Positions 44,310 to 52,870 of a DNA stretch of 64,000 nucleotides are shown here, one piece after another. Source of the stretch: a virus (lineage: Duplodnaviria; Heunggongvirae; Uroviricota; Caudoviricetes); the IMG/VR virus record IMGVR_UViG_3300032046_000009, one strand, 5' to 3'. The notes under the pieces are model-generated. The model saw nothing but the letters and a program-made list of their open reading frames with translations. It was not told where the DNA came from and searched no databases. The translations under genes were made by a program, and so were the position numbers. Within the stretch, counting starts at the first letter, position 1; every line of letters starts with the position of its first letter.

Positions 44310-44554
44310 GTAAATTGTACCCTCTCTTTAAGTCTCATCTCTTCGATTATTACTTTTAGCCCTAGATAATTCGAGAAATACATTGAGAATTCATATGCGT
44401 CATCTTCGCAAAACGGTTCAACATTAACTCTTCCTTGTATTTTATAGTAAAGTAAGAATTCTGCCTCTTTTGGGCATTGGTCACTCCGACCATGCATTGC
44501 TACACATCTAGTGTGTCCGTCTTTTCTTATATTAGCAATAGTTGACCCAATCAT
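44306..44554 (-). CDS. VxFT-tail family (KERVQFT)
   Basis: track ORF. Confidence 0.6.
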   Translation of the reverse strand: MIGSTIANIRKDGHTRCVAMHGRSDQCPKEAEFLLYYKIQGRVNVEPFCEDDAYEFSMYFSNYLGLKVIIEEMRLKERVQFT

Positions 44555-44823
44555 GTAAAATGCACAACCTCTGGGTCTTCTGGCGTTACAAAGACGCTAG
44601 TGCTTTCAGGCTCAATTTTAGTGCCATTTCCTCTACGATTCCAAATAACAATAGATTCTGTTGGGGAATTACTTGAACAACTTCTAACAAACATTGCCGT
44701 ACAATCTTCGCAACGAACCCACGGTACTTCCTTTTCAGTATGTTGGCTATGAAGATGAGGGGCTAAATTTCGTGAGCCGCACATAGGACATTTCTTGAAG
44801 TTCTTTTTAAGTATGATTGTCAT
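44551..44823 (-). CDS. VxFT-tail family (PEVVHFT); ATG start at 44823
   Basis: track ORF 44551..44952 trimmed; the 5 prime extension is the overlapping frame of the upstream member. Confidence 0.55.
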   Translation of the reverse strand: MTIILKKNFKKCPMCGSRNLAPHLHSQHTEKEVPWVRCEDCTAMFVRSCSSNSPTESIVIWNRRGNGTKIEPESTSVFVTPEDPEVVHFT

Positions 44824-44987
44824 GTGAACTGTACCTTCTTCTCTCCTTCTATATATTTTTTCCGTGCTATTTTTGCACAAGCAACAGAACAAAAGCCCTT
44901 TTGACTTGAAAGAGTGCCGTTGTATATGTATTCTTTGTGGCATATTGAGCAAGTTCTAGGACCATTACCATGTCTATGTCGTTTCAA
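44820..44987 (-). CDS. VxFT-tail family (55 aa, KKVQFT), TTG start
   Basis: hand-translated (L)KRHRHGNGPRTCSICHKEY... Confidence 0.45.
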   Translation of the reverse strand: MKRHRHGNGPRTCSICHKEYIYNGTLSSQKGFCSVACAKIARKKYIEGEKKVQFT

Positions 44988-45085
44988 GTGAATTGCACCT
45001 TCTCTTTCTGATATTCTTTAGCAAGTCGTTTAAACCAGCGAAGTCGTCTAAAGATGAGAGGATAGTCTATATCTTTTCTGTTCAT
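44984..45085 (-). CDS. VxFT-tail family mini member (33 aa, KEKVQFT), no Cys
   Basis: hand-translated. Confidence 0.4.
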   Translation of the reverse strand: MNRKDIDYPLIFRRLRWFKRLAKEYQKEKVQFT

Positions 45086-45318
45086 GTGAAATGCACTACT
45101 TCTCCTATTGTGATAATATTTTTTACTTCTTTACTAGACAAAGTTATTTCCTTCCATTCTGGATGTTCAATCACTCTAATGAAAAGAATTGGCTCATCAG
45201 TATTCACAAATGGTCTAACAACATAACGATAACCTTTAGCTGACACTCTGCCATGAAGCATTTTTCCTTCTCGCTCGAACATTACAATGTCGCCAGCCCT
45301 TATTTTGTCAAAGTTCAA
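45082..45318 (-). CDS. VxFT-tail family, non-Cys (GEVVHFT)
   Basis: track ORF. Confidence 0.55.
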   Translation of the reverse strand: MNFDKIRAGDIVMFEREGKMLHGRVSAKGYRYVVRPFVNTDEPILFIRVIEHPEWKEITLSSKEVKNIITIGEVVHFT

Positions 45319-45533
45319 GTAAATGTCACCTTTATAACTGGGTCTGTAAGTTCATAGATTTCTATAGGTTTCTGTTTTGTCTCAGGAAAATCATGCTGTA
45401 ATTTTTTGAAGTGTGTTCCACAAAGAAAGTTATGGTCCGCAAAAGGTTCAATGATTATTGGTCTAGGCTCGTTTTTCCAATTGATAACATATTCCGATTT
45501 CTTAGAACACCCTCTCCATTCACAATGAATCAT
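45315..45533 (-). CDS. VxFT-tail family (VIKVTFT)
   Basis: track ORF. Confidence 0.6.
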   Translation of the reverse strand: MIHCEWRGCSKKSEYVINWKNEPRPIIIEPFADHNFLCGTHFKKLQHDFPETKQKPIEIYELTDPVIKVTFT

Positions 45534-45667
45534 TCTCTCAGAAACCCCGCTCCTTTACATCTTCTACACATAACTCTAATCCATCTATCTCCTTTTGGGT
45601 CTGGATTTCTTTCTATCACGTAACCAATTCCTCTACAAACAAAACATTCTTTCGGTGGCTTCATCAT
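45530..45667 (-). CDS. small Cys-rich protein (about 45 aa) inside array 7 without the tail (ends FLRE)
   Basis: hand-translated MMKPPKECFVCRGIGY... Confidence 0.35.
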   Translation of the reverse strand: MMKPPKECFVCRGIGYVIERNPDPKGDRWIRVMCRRCKGAGFLRE

Positions 45668-45906
45668 GTGAACGTCACTTTCTCTTTGGCTTTAAACTTC
45701 TCTTCGGCTTCCCTTATGCCCTCTGCTTTTCCTTCCTGATAACCCTCATCATGTGCTGTACCGCATCCTTCGTCATAGCCAGCTTGCCATGCATCTGCTA
45801 ATGCCTCACCAATCTCGTCTTCCAACTTCTTTGTATCAATATCACCAGCAATTTGCTCTGCTCGTCTGTTGAGTTTTCCGAATGGGGTTTTACGATTGTC
45901 GCTCAT
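45664..45906 (-). CDS. VxFT-tail family, acidic non-Cys first member of array 7 (KEKVTFT)
   Basis: track ORF; promoter box 45940-45975. Confidence 0.55.
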   Translation of the reverse strand: MSDNRKTPFGKLNRRAEQIAGDIDTKKLEDEIGEALADAWQAGYDEGCGTAHDEGYQEGKAEGIREAEEKFKAKEKVTFT

Positions 45907-46024
45907 TTTCCATCTGGGAATAATAATGTCTTTCGTCCCTTATAAACCTTGCGCTAGAAACTCCATACTCAATTTTTCCGCAACCGAAAGACTTAAATAC
46001 TTATAATCACATATTGTATTATAA

Positions 46025-46453
46025 GTGAAAAATATGTCAGAAAGAAAAGAAAAAAACCACAAATATTTTTTAACCCATAAACCATACTTTAGAGATTATA
46101 TGAGAAATTGGTCGAGAAAAAACAAAAACAAAGTAAGTGACTATCACTTTCATAAAAAGTTAATAGCACTTGCCCATTATGGTGGAGAGCCACCAAAATG
46201 TGTTTGTTGCGGTGAAACAGAACCAAGATTTCTTACTATAGACCACATTAATGGTGATGGAGATAAACACAGAAGAGCTATTTCTAATAATCGCAGTTTT
46301 TCTGGTGGACCATTTTACGGTTGGTTAATCAAAAATAATTTCCCAGAAGGATACCAAGTAATGTGTTCTAATTGTAATATGGCTAAAGGGAAAACGAAAG
46401 TTAAGTTTTGTCCAGTTCATCATCCAGAACTATACCAACCGCAACATTTATAA
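46025..46453 (+). CDS. HNH endonuclease
   Basis: CVCCGE...TIDHINGDGDKHR...N...CSNCN arrangement; 142 aa; rare plus-strand gene. Confidence 0.65.
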   Translation: MKNMSERKEKNHKYFLTHKPYFRDYMRNWSRKNKNKVSDYHFHKKLIALAHYGGEPPKCVCCGETEPRFLTIDHINGDGDKHRRAISNNRSFSGGPFYGWLIKNNFPEGYQVMCSNCNMAKGKTKVKFCPVHHPELYQPQHL

Positions 46454-46548
46454 GTCGGTTTTGACTTATGGTGCGGAGCAGAGCCACGGAGTCAAGATTT
46501 CTATAACGCCTCTTCATCCTCGCCGCGATTCTAAAATTTTAAACAGTT

Positions 46549-46564
46549 GATTAAAAGAATTCAC
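46549..46564. promoter_or_regulatory. degenerate palindromic site TTAAACAGTTGATTAA
   Basis: one mismatch to the family consensus. Confidence 0.4.
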
Positions 46565-46602
46565 GTATAATGCCTATTTACGCCTTTCGCAATACTTATA
46601 TA

Positions 46603-47040
46603 CTAGAAGATTTCTATAGTTGTACTATTCTTCTTTTTCGTAACAAATTCGACTGTAAATCGCCATTTTTTTGTGTTAGTATCATAGCAATAAAGTGATT
46701 TGTGAATATTGTCGAGAGACATCTTAGCCTCATGTCCCACAACTTGGTCTAACACTTGATGAAGAACTTCATGCCCAATAATTTCTTCAGCGCATTTCTC
46801 ATAATCGCTACATTCTGGTCGAGCAAAAATTTTTATCTGAATCCACCCAGTATATCCACCCGCAATACAATTATCAAAATACATATTGACTTCGGATTTG
46901 TTGCAGATTCCTACATAAACTCCTATAGGATTCTCTTTTGTTACAGCGGCTTTGATTTTAAGATAATAGTCATAAAAGGCGGGCAAAGACACTCGTATCA
47001 AATCAAATGGAAACCGTGCTTTTTTCTTTAAGCCAGCCAT
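46603..47040 (-). CDS. hypothetical protein (145 aa)
   Basis: track ORF; TATA TTTAAAGG at 47075-47090. Confidence 0.5.
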   Translation of the reverse strand: MAGLKKKARFPFDLIRVSLPAFYDYYLKIKAAVTKENPIGVYVGICNKSEVNMYFDNCIAGGYTGWIQIKIFARPECSDYEKCAEEIIGHEVLHQVLDQVVGHEAKMSLDNIHKSLYCYDTNTKKWRFTVEFVTKKKNSTTIEIF

Positions 47041-47089
47041 ATTTACCTATAGAAAGAGAAGAAAAACGGGTATTTAAAGGTTATGGAAA

Positions 47090-47400
47090 TAGAATGTGGG
47101 GACGGGTAAAGTACACCCGACCCCATAGCTATCACGGCGAGCCGTTGCCAATCCGTATATCATAGTGTACGTTTCGCTCCCACCGTGGGTCTTCGGTCAT
47201 GACACGGTTTTGTCAGGGTTTCGCCACCCCCAATGCATTGCTGGCGGGTTCACCCAACTCCTATAGGTCTTGTTCGTTGTCCGACCAATCATGTTGTCGC
47301 CAATCGTGTACCCGAAAGGTCCTAACATGGGGCATGTCCATCTATGTAAGTTGTGAACAATTACCCGTGTCTAAGAGATACTGTATTAAAAGAAGTATAT
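47090..47400 (-). ncRNA. candidate structured RNA (GC-rich, about 55% GC, ORF-less; minus promoter TATATAAACTT at 47396-47410)
   Basis: strong GC enrichment versus the surrounding AT-rich DNA; several short helices such as CCCACCGTGGG; only a weak plus ORF. Confidence 0.3.
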
Positions 47401-47572
47401 AAACTTTACGGTTAGTCGAATTGTACCTTTACTGGTCGGTTCCAAAAATCTGAAAGATAATTCTCAGCGTAAATATCAGACCATATTCGTCCACAATGGG
47501 GGCACTTATTTATACACATTATTGGGTCATGAATAGGAACAGAACCACAATATGGACATCTATTACAATCAC

Positions 47573-48328
47573 TCATGGTTCACGCCGTTTTTCCTTGCCT
47601 CGCTCTTTATATTTTCCACCCTTGCGAATTGACTTGCGCTTTGACATTCGAATAGCATCCTCTTTTGCTTCCAGTTCTTCCTCTTCTTCCCAGCATTCAT
47701 CACTTCGAGAACGTATTACAGGAACAAATGGTTTAGCCTCTTCTGTCTTTAATGCGTCTAATCCCTTTTTTATTTCCTTTTTTTCTCTAGGAGAAACACC
47801 TTCTCGCGGAGAACTTAGATAGTCAGCTAATTCTTGGTTATATGTTACTGGAAATGTTGGTTTCTTGAATCTTTCGGGATTTATCGGACACTTCTCTTCG
47901 CCACACCATTTGAGATGATTTGGGTTGCCCATCTGGTGATTCTTATAGCAAACTGGGTTACATTCTTTGCAAGCCAACTCGCTACCAAACCACGCAAGAT
48001 GACAATGAATAGATTTGGTTTCAAGTTTTTCATAAGTTTTAGCCAAGTTTTCCACACTAGCTCCTTCCCATATTTTTATTTCATGATACAACGATATTGC
48101 TTTTTCCCACGGAATATCTCTTGCTTCAAATTCTCTAATCATTTTGAGTTCCTTTAAGGTAACTACAGAAACGTGACCGTAACACATTTCAAGTGTAGCA
48201 TTTCGTTGTTGAGCATGACATATTGGACAGTCCAATACTCCGCCTAAACCTATAGGCATCCAATTATCTGGATATTCTTCACTTACCCAACCGCAAATAC
48301 ATATCATATATTTTGCCATATTAGTCAT
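47573..48328 (-). CDS. Cys-rich protein (251 aa) with basic C-terminal tail
   Basis: track ORF; multiple CxxC and CxxxH motifs. Confidence 0.55.
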   Translation of the reverse strand: MTNMAKYMICICGWVSEEYPDNWMPIGLGGVLDCPICHAQQRNATLEMCYGHVSVVTLKELKMIREFEARDIPWEKAISLYHEIKIWEGASVENLAKTYEKLETKSIHCHLAWFGSELACKECNPVCYKNHQMGNPNHLKWCGEEKCPINPERFKKPTFPVTYNQELADYLSSPREGVSPREKKEIKKGLDALKTEEAKPFVPVIRSRSDECWEEEEELEAKEDAIRMSKRKSIRKGGKYKERGKEKRREP

Positions 48329-48341
48329 CTATAGAATGTAT

Positions 48342-48548
48342 CTATCGGTCACTAATAAACCTTGCGGTTTCTCTCATCTTTTTGAGGTCTTCTCGTTTAG
48401 CGTATCGGGCATAATACATGATAAAAAACGCCCATACCAATCCCAGAAACCCAAAGTAATTGAAAAGAATCACAGCCGTTAGAAGCCACCACATTAGAGA
48501 AAGCTGTAGAGTAATGAAAAGATTCCAGAGTTTCTTGAGGGGATTCAT
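48342..48548 (-). CDS. small membrane protein (68 aa, 2 TM)
   Basis: track ORF. Confidence 0.45.
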   Translation of the reverse strand: MNPLKKLWNLFITLQLSLMWWLLTAVILFNYFGFLGLVWAFFIMYYARYAKREDLKKMRETARFISDR

Positions 48549-48621
48549 GAAGGATTAAACACCCAATTGTCAGTAAGATATGCTTGCCAGAATAATGAAC
48601 CGTCTTCTAATTCTTCCTCGC

Positions 48622-48782
48622 TCAAAATTCTTCCTCTCCTATCATTCCATTCATTATGAAATACCAGATACATTTTTTGCATCCAGTTTCGTAGTCGTAA
48701 CGGCATGAAGTACAAACCCGTTGTGCTATCCTAGTGGCTCTAGCCTGTTGTTCCTCTTTTGTCAAAGGAATAAATGGCTTTG
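48622..48782 (-). CDS. small Cys-rich protein (about 53 aa from MAKPFIPLT)
   Basis: track ORF 48622..48870 trimmed. Confidence 0.35.
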
Positions 48783-48789
48783 CCATGCT

Positions 48790-48835
48790 TATCACTACAC
48801 AATCTGTATATAGAAGGAGAAAGGTATATATAAGT
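48790..48835. promoter_or_regulatory. divergent promoter region (CTGTATATAGAAGGAGAAAGGTATATATAAGTC) at the switch from minus to plus coding polarity
   Basis: two TATA elements; GAAAGG + TATATATAAG in plus orientation precedes the plus-strand array. Confidence 0.45.
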
Positions 48836-48837
48836 CT

Positions 48838-48976
48838 TATGGTTATTGTTCTATTGATTACCATGTGCAACTATCGTTGGGATGACTATTACAACATTGT
48901 TCTACTTCCAGCCGACAAAATGAAACCTAAATTTCCGAAAAAAGAAGATGAGAGGGTAAAGGTGCAGTTCGATTGA
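48838..48976 (+). CDS. VxFT-tail family variant (ERVKVQFD), start uncertain; first plus-strand array member
   Basis: track ORF 48734..48976 3 prime part; GATTGA junction. Confidence 0.4.
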
Positions 48977-49155
48977 TAAAAATGAAATGTGTTGATTGTG
49001 GAAAAGAATTTTTCTGTAAAGGTGATATAGTGTGTGAGGAAAGTGTGTCAAAAGGACTTTCTGTTTGTCTTTGTAAAAAATGCACTTGTAAAAGTAAAGG
49101 TCAAATTAAAGAATGTGGTTATAGAGAACTTGGAGAGAAGGTCGAGTTCACTTGA
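48973..49155 (+). CDS. VxFT-tail family (GEKVEFT), CxxCGKxFxC subfamily
   Basis: track ORF; TTGATAAAAATG leader. Confidence 0.6.
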   Translation: MIKMKCVDCGKEFFCKGDIVCEESVSKGLSVCLCKKCTCKSKGQIKECGYRELGEKVEFT

Positions 49156-49271
49156 TTTGCGATGGGTGTGGCAAAGATGTTCAAGTATTATACAAGAAGC
49201 CAAAGACGACACGATGGCTCTGTGAGAATTGTAAACATATAAAAGAAAAAACTAAGGTGCAGTTCACTTGA
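49152..49271 (+). CDS. VxFT-tail family (36 aa, KTKVQFT), TTG start
   Basis: hand-translated (L)ICDGCGKDVQVLYKKPKTTRWLCENCKH... Confidence 0.45.
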   Translation: MICDGCGKDVQVLYKKPKTTRWLCENCKHIKEKTKVQFT

Positions 49272-49537
49272 AAATCCCTATAATTATGGTTCCCATAGAC
49301 AAAATAATTCCAAGAGGAAATCCCAAAGTTGAGAAGGTATTACTTGAAGATATTCGAGTTAATGGATTAAAAGAGCCTTTGCGAGTAATGTTTCGTGAAG
49401 ATGGAAAAGCCATAATTCTGAATGGTCATCATCGGTACTTTTGTTGTAAAGAATTGAACTATAAAGAAATACCATGTTTTGATGGGAAAATTTATTACCC
49501 ACCTAATTCCTATCTTGATTATCCCAAATCAATTTGA
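49268..49537 (+). CDS. ParB/Srx-like nuclease-domain protein, TTG start translationally coupled to the plus-strand VxFT array
   Basis: ILNGHHRYFC = ParB-like GxHR motif; 89 aa. Confidence 0.5.
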   Translation: MKIPIIMVPIDKIIPRGNPKVEKVLLEDIRVNGLKEPLRVMFREDGKAIILNGHHRYFCCKELNYKEIPCFDGKIYYPPNSYLDYPKSI

Positions 49538-50175
49538 TTGGGGTCTGGACCATCTTCTAAATTCCAATGTGTAGTTTCATATTCGTGAAGCCAATGTTTG
49601 TATTCTTCCTCTCGTTTACGCATCTTCTTTATGTCGGCTATTTTTTGATGGTCAAATACAATATTGATTATTGGAGCATGTACTATATCTAATTCACCAT
49701 CTTTATCAAATATTCTCCTATGGTCTGTTGACCAATGTATTGTTTCTGTCTTTTTAACAAGTCCATATCTTAGAAGTGCCGTATGAGGTTTATAAAATTT
49801 CCAATAAATACGATATACTTTCTCATTTGATATTTCAAGCGTTTTACGAACATTATCGCCCCACATGATTATTATCTCATCTGAGTCGAGAAAAATTGCC
49901 CAATCTCCATCACCACAAAATTTTAATGATTCTGTCCTAGCTTCCCATTGATGCATAGGTCGTAATCTTGTGTAACAAACACGAGATTTTGAATGTTCAG
50001 AAAAATTCAAAATTATTTCCTGTGTTTCATCAGTTGAATGGTCTAAACCACTCGTACCAATCCATCGCCCGTCAAGACAAAATATCTCATCAACTTTGCC
50101 GTCTATAGATTTTAAGGCTTCTAGAACTACATCAGCCGAGTTGTAAACTGGCATTAAGCAAATAAGTTTGTTCAT
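49519..50175 (-). CDS. family-2-like glycosyltransferase (218 aa), paralog of 63122..63691
   Basis: N-terminal ICLMPVYN...LEALKSI block and DxD (FLDSDEII). Confidence 0.5.
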   Translation of the reverse strand: MNKLICLMPVYNSADVVLEALKSIDGKVDEIFCLDGRWIGTSGLDHSTDETQEIILNFSEHSKSRVCYTRLRPMHQWEARTESLKFCGDGDWAIFLDSDEIIIMWGDNVRKTLEISNEKVYRIYWKFYKPHTALLRYGLVKKTETIHWSTDHRRIFDKDGELDIVHAPIINIVFDHQKIADIKKMRKREEEYKHWLHEYETTHWNLEDGPDPNQIDLG

Positions 50176-50450
50176 ATTCTATTTCTACTCACATATCTGT
50201 TCAAGTCTTCTATTCCGAACATATGATTAACCTCTCTTTCCTCAAGTTCAAACCATAATTCATCTTTAGTAAACTTCCATTGTTTCTCTCTTTCAAATAT
50301 GGCTTTATAGATAACGCCTTTCTCTTCCGTATCAGCGATAACTCTAAGACTCTGTAACTGAACTTTAGCAGTTTCTATAGTTACTATTTGAAATTCCCAG
50401 ACTAACCATACTTTCTTTTTAGGTATCATAGAATAACCGTTTCTCTTCAA
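50172..50450 (-). CDS. hypothetical protein (92 aa)
   Basis: track ORF. Confidence 0.45.
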   Translation of the reverse strand: MKRNGYSMIPKKKVWLVWEFQIVTIETAKVQLQSLRVIADTEEKGVIYKAIFEREKQWKFTKDELWFELEEREVNHMFGIEDLNRYVSRNRI

Positions 50451-50814
50451 CGCCTAATTCTTCTAAGGCTTTCTTTACTTCATCAAAGAATCCCATATTT
50501 ATAAGTGCCCGTGGACATGCTTTTCGAACTTTTGCCCAATGATAAGCGAAATCTCTGCCGTCAATATTAAGCATAAATACCATTACGGCACATGCGATAG
50601 TATTTGACCGAGATATTCCGCCGCAACATCTAACTACAACTTTTTGCCCGACAGAAAGAAGGTTAGCTATGATTTGTATTTTGGTTTTTATAGCTTCAAT
50701 ATCGTTGCCAGTTCCATCCTTTATATCTCTAACATCTACGATTATCCATCCTTCGGGAGTCATAGATTCTAAGATGTTACAAGTTGCCAAATGGTCTTTC
50801 CAGATTTCAAACAT
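50419..50814 (-). CDS. dual-specificity (Cys-based) protein phosphatase
   Basis: catalytic loop VVVRCCGGISRSNT (C-x5-R-S/T); 131 aa; promoter box 50855-50890. Confidence 0.65.
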   Translation of the reverse strand: MFEIWKDHLATCNILESMTPEGWIIVDVRDIKDGTGNDIEAIKTKIQIIANLLSVGQKVVVRCCGGISRSNTIACAVMVFMLNIDGRDFAYHWAKVRKACPRALINMGFFDEVKKALEELGVEEKRLFYDT

Positions 50815-50904
50815 TACTGTTTCACCTATCTACACACTAATACGCATTCATTCCTTATAAACTTTGTGGTAGAACGCCCATGCTCAAAATTTCGAACATA
50901 TCAA

Positions 50905-51070
50905 TCGTCCTCATGCAATTTTGGCATTAGATAATACTTCTTTGAAAGACAGTTAATACAATAGTATGCACAGGTATGCAAATTCTCACAATATGCCGCT
51001 TCGATTTCTGTTAATTCTCTTTTACAACTTTTACATTTTTTACCAGACGACTTAACCCATTGTTTCATTG
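50905..51070 (-). CDS. small zinc-ribbon protein (about 55 aa), approximate coordinates
   Basis: hand-translated MKQWVKSSGKKCKSCKREL... Confidence 0.25.
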
Positions 51071-51195
51071 TTTCATTCAATTTTTACTACCACATTTATT
51101 CCAACACACTTCACATATCCATGACATTGAAGTGCCGTTCCAGTAAAGATGAACTTCTTGAACGAGAACATCGTTTCCACAATGGTCACAAGATT
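51065..51195 (-). CDS. small zinc-ribbon protein (about 43 aa), approximate coordinates
   Basis: hand-translated MVAIKSCDHCGNDVLV... Confidence 0.25.
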
Positions 51196-51207
51196 TAATA
51201 GCAACCA

Positions 51208-51468
51208 TTATTTCACCTGATTGTCAATATCTTTTTGTGTATAACCATAATAGACAGGAAACTCTAAACCTTTTCTACAATCTTGGTTAATACACATCCA
51301 TTTGCAATCGACACGCTGACGTTCCTTCTCTTCATTAACCCGAATAAGCAATTCACCACATTTGGGGCATTTAAGAAGTTTAACTTCCTCGGTCATAAAT
51401 CGAGAATCCCCAATTTGACGAATGTTCCTATAATCCAGTACCAAAGAGTTATCGGGGTTGTAAGCCAT
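51208..51468 (-). CDS. zinc-ribbon protein (86 aa)
   Basis: track ORF; CPKC...CINQDC. Confidence 0.5.
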   Translation of the reverse strand: MAYNPDNSLVLDYRNIRQIGDSRFMTEEVKLLKCPKCGELLIRVNEEKERQRVDCKWMCINQDCRKGLEFPVYYGYTQKDIDNQVK

Positions 51469-51556
51469 AGACTAATTTCAAGAGCCATTGGAATATTTTT
51501 TCTATCTAGGAAAAACATTATGTCCACTTGAATTTTCCATCTGGCTTCGTTAAAGT

Positions 51557-52234
51557 TCATGGTTCTTCCTTCTTTTCTTCCTTGAATTCTAAAGATTTCT
51601 GTAGTTCCTTTTTGTATCCCTCTAAGCCCAACTTCTTTATTTTGTCTTCTATGAATGCGGTAACTTCATTCTTTGCTTCGACTACAGTTTCATCCATCTG
51701 TTCTGAGAATTGTCTTTTTATAAAAGGAACATTATTTTCTATCTGCATCTTTAACTGGTCGAGTTGCTTTTGAATTTCTTCCCTATCATGTTTTCCTATG
51801 CTCGGCTTCGCTAGTATCCCAGCAATCTTGGTGTAAAATTGGTTAGTAGTCGATGCGACTTCCTTCATCTTATCTTCGAATTCGGTATCGAACTGCACAC
51901 GTTTACTTTCAAATTGTGCCTCTTTTACTTCATGTCCATCCATGTAACGTATTGTGCATGGGGTTCCTTCACCCTGATTCAAAGATGTTATAGCATCTGC
52001 AAACTGTGACGGCGAAAGATAAACGGATACTATCGGTACGCCGTGGTCCGACATAATCCAATCTTTGTAAAGGTCCCTCATAAGAATAGCTTTGCTAATA
52101 TCTACTCTGATGAATGTTCTCTGCTGGATACTGCTTCCAAACAAATTCATTTTCTCTGAGCAAACGCCCCTAGAGATATTTATTACACCAAAACTTGGGT
52201 GTCTTATTTCTTTTCTTTTCTCTTCATCAGGCAT
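51557..52234 (-). CDS. hypothetical protein (225 aa), C-terminal coiled coil
   Basis: track ORF. Confidence 0.55.
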   Translation of the reverse strand: MPDEEKRKEIRHPSFGVINISRGVCSEKMNLFGSSIQQRTFIRVDISKAILMRDLYKDWIMSDHGVPIVSVYLSPSQFADAITSLNQGEGTPCTIRYMDGHEVKEAQFESKRVQFDTEFEDKMKEVASTTNQFYTKIAGILAKPSIGKHDREEIQKQLDQLKMQIENNVPFIKRQFSEQMDETVVEAKNEVTAFIEDKIKKLGLEGYKKELQKSLEFKEEKKEEP

Positions 52235-52652
52235 ATTTTTTTGGCTTCCTTTTATGTAGTTTCTCTCGTAAATCTTTTAAATCAAATTGTGACGGTTTGG
52301 AAACACAGAGAGAACCAATATCGCTTACTTCTTCTGAAAAACCAAATCGCCGCATTATTCGATAAATTAATGCATGTTCCAACTCGTGGCTAATTACATC
52401 ATCAACGGTTTTCAATTGGAACAAACGTTTCAAATACATTTTGTTCAACCTAATAAGGTTGTAATAAGGTGAATATTCCCCACTAATACGACTATCGAGA
52501 TTAGAAGCCCTCAAAAATACATCGTTAAAATCCACGGCATATTCTTCTCTATATTTCTTGAAGCAACATACGCACAATTCACATTTATCTATCTGTGTAT
52601 CGGGGTTATATTTTTCTTTAAGACTCTTTTTAGCTTTTTTAAGCCAGTTCAT
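52227..52652 (-). CDS. minimal HExxH (HELEH) zincin-like protein (SprT/WLM-like size)
   Basis: ISHELEHALIYRIM; 141 aa. Confidence 0.45.
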   Translation of the reverse strand: MNWLKKAKKSLKEKYNPDTQIDKCELCVCCFKKYREEYAVDFNDVFLRASNLDSRISGEYSPYYNLIRLNKMYLKRLFQLKTVDDVISHELEHALIYRIMRRFGFSEEVSDIGSLCVSKPSQFDLKDLREKLHKRKPKKYA

Positions 52653-52870
52653 TTTCTTCCCTCATTTATGTGCCAAGTTGAACAGTCTATTAGAGTATGC
52701 CCATTTTCACTATATACTTCAACGTCTGCCGCAAAGTGACTGTGCCATCTCTTCTTTTTATCCTGATGCCAACCACGATGACAAACATTACAAGTATAAA
52801 GGTCGGCATCTAGTTGAACGTTATGTCTGGGATTTACTAATTCTCCTTTTCTGCAATGTGGACATATCAT
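52649..52870 (-). CDS. zinc-ribbon protein (73 aa)
   Basis: track ORF; CPHC...CNVCH. Confidence 0.5.
   Translation of the reverse strand: MICPHCRKGELVNPRHNVQLDADLYTCNVCHRGWHQDKKKRWHSHFAADVEVYSENGHTLIDCSTWHINEGRK

Noticed and set aside
9746-45906. Interpretation of the tail as an HbYX-type proteasome-docking motif
   Set aside because: Only the penultimate aromatic residue matches. The antepenultimate residue is variable rather than hydrophobic and the last residue is Thr/Ser/Asp. It is mentioned as a speculation only.
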